A DNA stretch of 39,199 bases, taken from Intoshia linei (taxonomy: Eukaryota > Animalia > Orthonectida). Under the pieces are notes generated by a model. It had not been told where the DNA came from, did not search any database, and saw only the letters and a list, made by a program, of their open reading frames with translations. Position numbers and translations under genes: made by a program. Shown in pieces: positions 37,681-39,199 of the stretch. Position 1 is the stretch's first letter; each line of letters starts with the position of its first letter. The DNA lies in contig LWCA01000219.1 of assembly GCA_001642005.1 (NCBI GenBank), forward strand, positions 1 through 39,199, written 5' to 3'.

Positions 37681-38174
37681 TTATTTGTAACTTGCCGCAA
37701 CGTTTTCACTCTTCCAACGAAATTGTTTTTTGAGATCAAGGGTAGATGCTCCAGTTTCAGCAAATGCTGTAGCTGCAGACCTAACAAATTATTAATAAGT
37801 TTTGTTAATGTAATTTAATTTTTACCGACGAAAAGTGCCAGTGTATGAACTTGGCGAGTCTAGTTCCTAAAATGTAGCTATTAATTTCAGTGTACCTAAA
37901 AAATAATATAATTTTATTATTATACTTTTGGAAGTATCTTAGTTTTATGTCTCAATGATGTATATTTTTTTATAATCTCAAAGGGAGAATTATTTTTTTT
38001 TTATTTTAGGAATAATGAAATAATATCCATCTTTGCCTGTTGGATGAGTTTTTGATATAACAATATTTATCTTTATCTCATTTTCCTTTATTATCACATC
38101 AGCATCACATAATTCTACTAATTCTATACATCTCATAGCTCCATAATAAGCTATTAGTGCAACAGTCTTTCTGA
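37681..38174 (-). pseudogene. Crypton-type tyrosine recombinase relic with spliceosomal introns
   Basis: Minus-strand segment 38174-37926 reads RKTVALIAYYGAMRCIELVELCDADV...INIVISKTHPTGKDGYYFIIP, then frameshifts in a poly-A run to SPFEIIKKYTSLR. Segment 37895-37826 reads LKLIATF*ELDSPSSYTGTFR and segment 37780-37681 reads RSAATAFAETGASTLDLKKQFRWKSENVAASYK*. The segments are joined by GT-AG introns of 30 and 45 nt. The YR catalytic R, K, second R, W and Y are recognisable; the H of HxxR is deleted. Confidence 0.8.
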
Positions 38175-38679
38175 CTATAAAAAAATAATAGTAAAAAATG
38201 TTAAAATTTTAATATATCGCAGTGTTAGAGTTATAATGTTCTATTTGCTTAAACATAGTTTTGCCTAAATCGAATTTAAAGTTTTAAAGTACTATATTGC
38301 CTAAAACATAATTTTATATGGAAATTTAATTATACAATTTAGTTTGTTTACATTTTGTTAATATTATTATTTCTATATATAAATATATTATTATTATATA
38401 ATAATATTTGTTTAAGTATATTGAAAATTTTCGTACAATAAAAATAAAAACATGTTTTTTAGAACTTAAATTTCACTAATGGAACAATCAGTCTAACTAC
38501 AATATATATTTGATTTGAAAAAATTGCAAATAGAACATTATTTTATAGAAACTGTTAACATTTAACATTTTTATCAATTTACATGTACGCGTACGAAATG
38601 TCCCATGTATAAAATGTCCCAGACTATGCTTGATTTATAAAATAAATGAATTTTTATACTACTGATAATTTTATAAGGG

Positions 38680-38918
38680 TGTCTAGTTAAATCCAACCAT
38701 TTTTACTAAAATCCCACCATTTTTACTAAAAATCAAAATTTACCAACACTAACAGGAAAAATTCAGTTTTAACAACTTTTAAAGGAAAAATCCTGTTTTA
38801 CCAACCCTAAAAGGAAAATTCTAGTTTTACCAAATTTTAAGGGAAAAATCCAGTTTTGCCAACCTTAAAAGGAAAATTCTATTTTTACCAACCTTTAAGG
38901 AAAAAATCCAGTTTTACA
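38680..38918 (+). repeat. Minisatellite: ~6 tandem copies of a 29-bp unit (TTTTACCAACCTTAAAAGGAAAAATCCAG) preceded by a 20-bp tandem duplication
   Basis: Regular 29-bp period from ~38738 to 38918 with alternating unit variants. AAATCC(A/C)ACCATTTTTACT occurs twice at 38689-38730. Confidence 0.85.
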
Positions 38919-39199
38919 GAATTGCGGAGTATCCCATAAAAACTTAATATCACAAACAAAACAAAATGAAATTCTCAAATAGAAAGATTACCGATAAACA
39001 AGTTATAAACGCTTTAATACTTACTTAAACTGATGATGAAACAAAAAACTTTTTAAAACAATATAAAATTTTCGTATTAAAAATGGCTAATATTTATCGC
39101 GTCAGTATTTTAATCCGTAAAGTGTTAGTATTTTAGATGATTTGCCAGTAGAAATATTGAATTTTCAGTTGATATAATGGATTGTCAGTATTTAAATTG

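Noticed and set aside
38735-38918. CRISPR-like periodicity
   Set aside because: Units are contiguous with no unique spacers, there are no cas genes and the context is eukaryotic; it is a minisatellite.
39120-39175. SILDDLPVEIL, an F-box-like peptide near the window end
   Set aside because: Too short, bounded by stops, no convincing splice context, and it does not continue the 34510-34942 gene.

Overview
AT-rich animal (metazoan) genomic DNA with very short spliceosomal introns (mostly 30-45 nt) and divergent proteins. This fits a compact, fast-evolving invertebrate genome; the species cannot be established from the sequence alone. Host genes: 3' exons of a mitofusin (+), a complete MASK/ANKHD1 ankyrin-KH gene (+), a convergent BMP type II receptor (BMPR2/wit-like, -), a SoxD-like HMG-box gene (-), and the first three exons of an FBXW7/Cdc4-like F-box gene (+) that is absent from the ORF track. 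The most interesting element is a tandem pair of intact, intron-containing genes derived from an IS630/Tc1 transposase (20240-21303, 23136-24690). They have a conserved paired-like double-HTH, a degraded DDE core and no visible TIRs, which makes them candidate domesticated DNA-binding proteins. Also hidden from the ORF track is an intron-containing Crypton-type tyrosine recombinase relic (37681-38174). Intergenic and long-intron DNA is full of TE debris: two hAT transposase relics, three non-autonomous Helitrons, pogo- and hAT-type MITEs, a 29-bp minisatellite/foldback-like family and a tRNA-like SINE head. All exon structures were inferred by hand from GT-AG sites and protein motifs.
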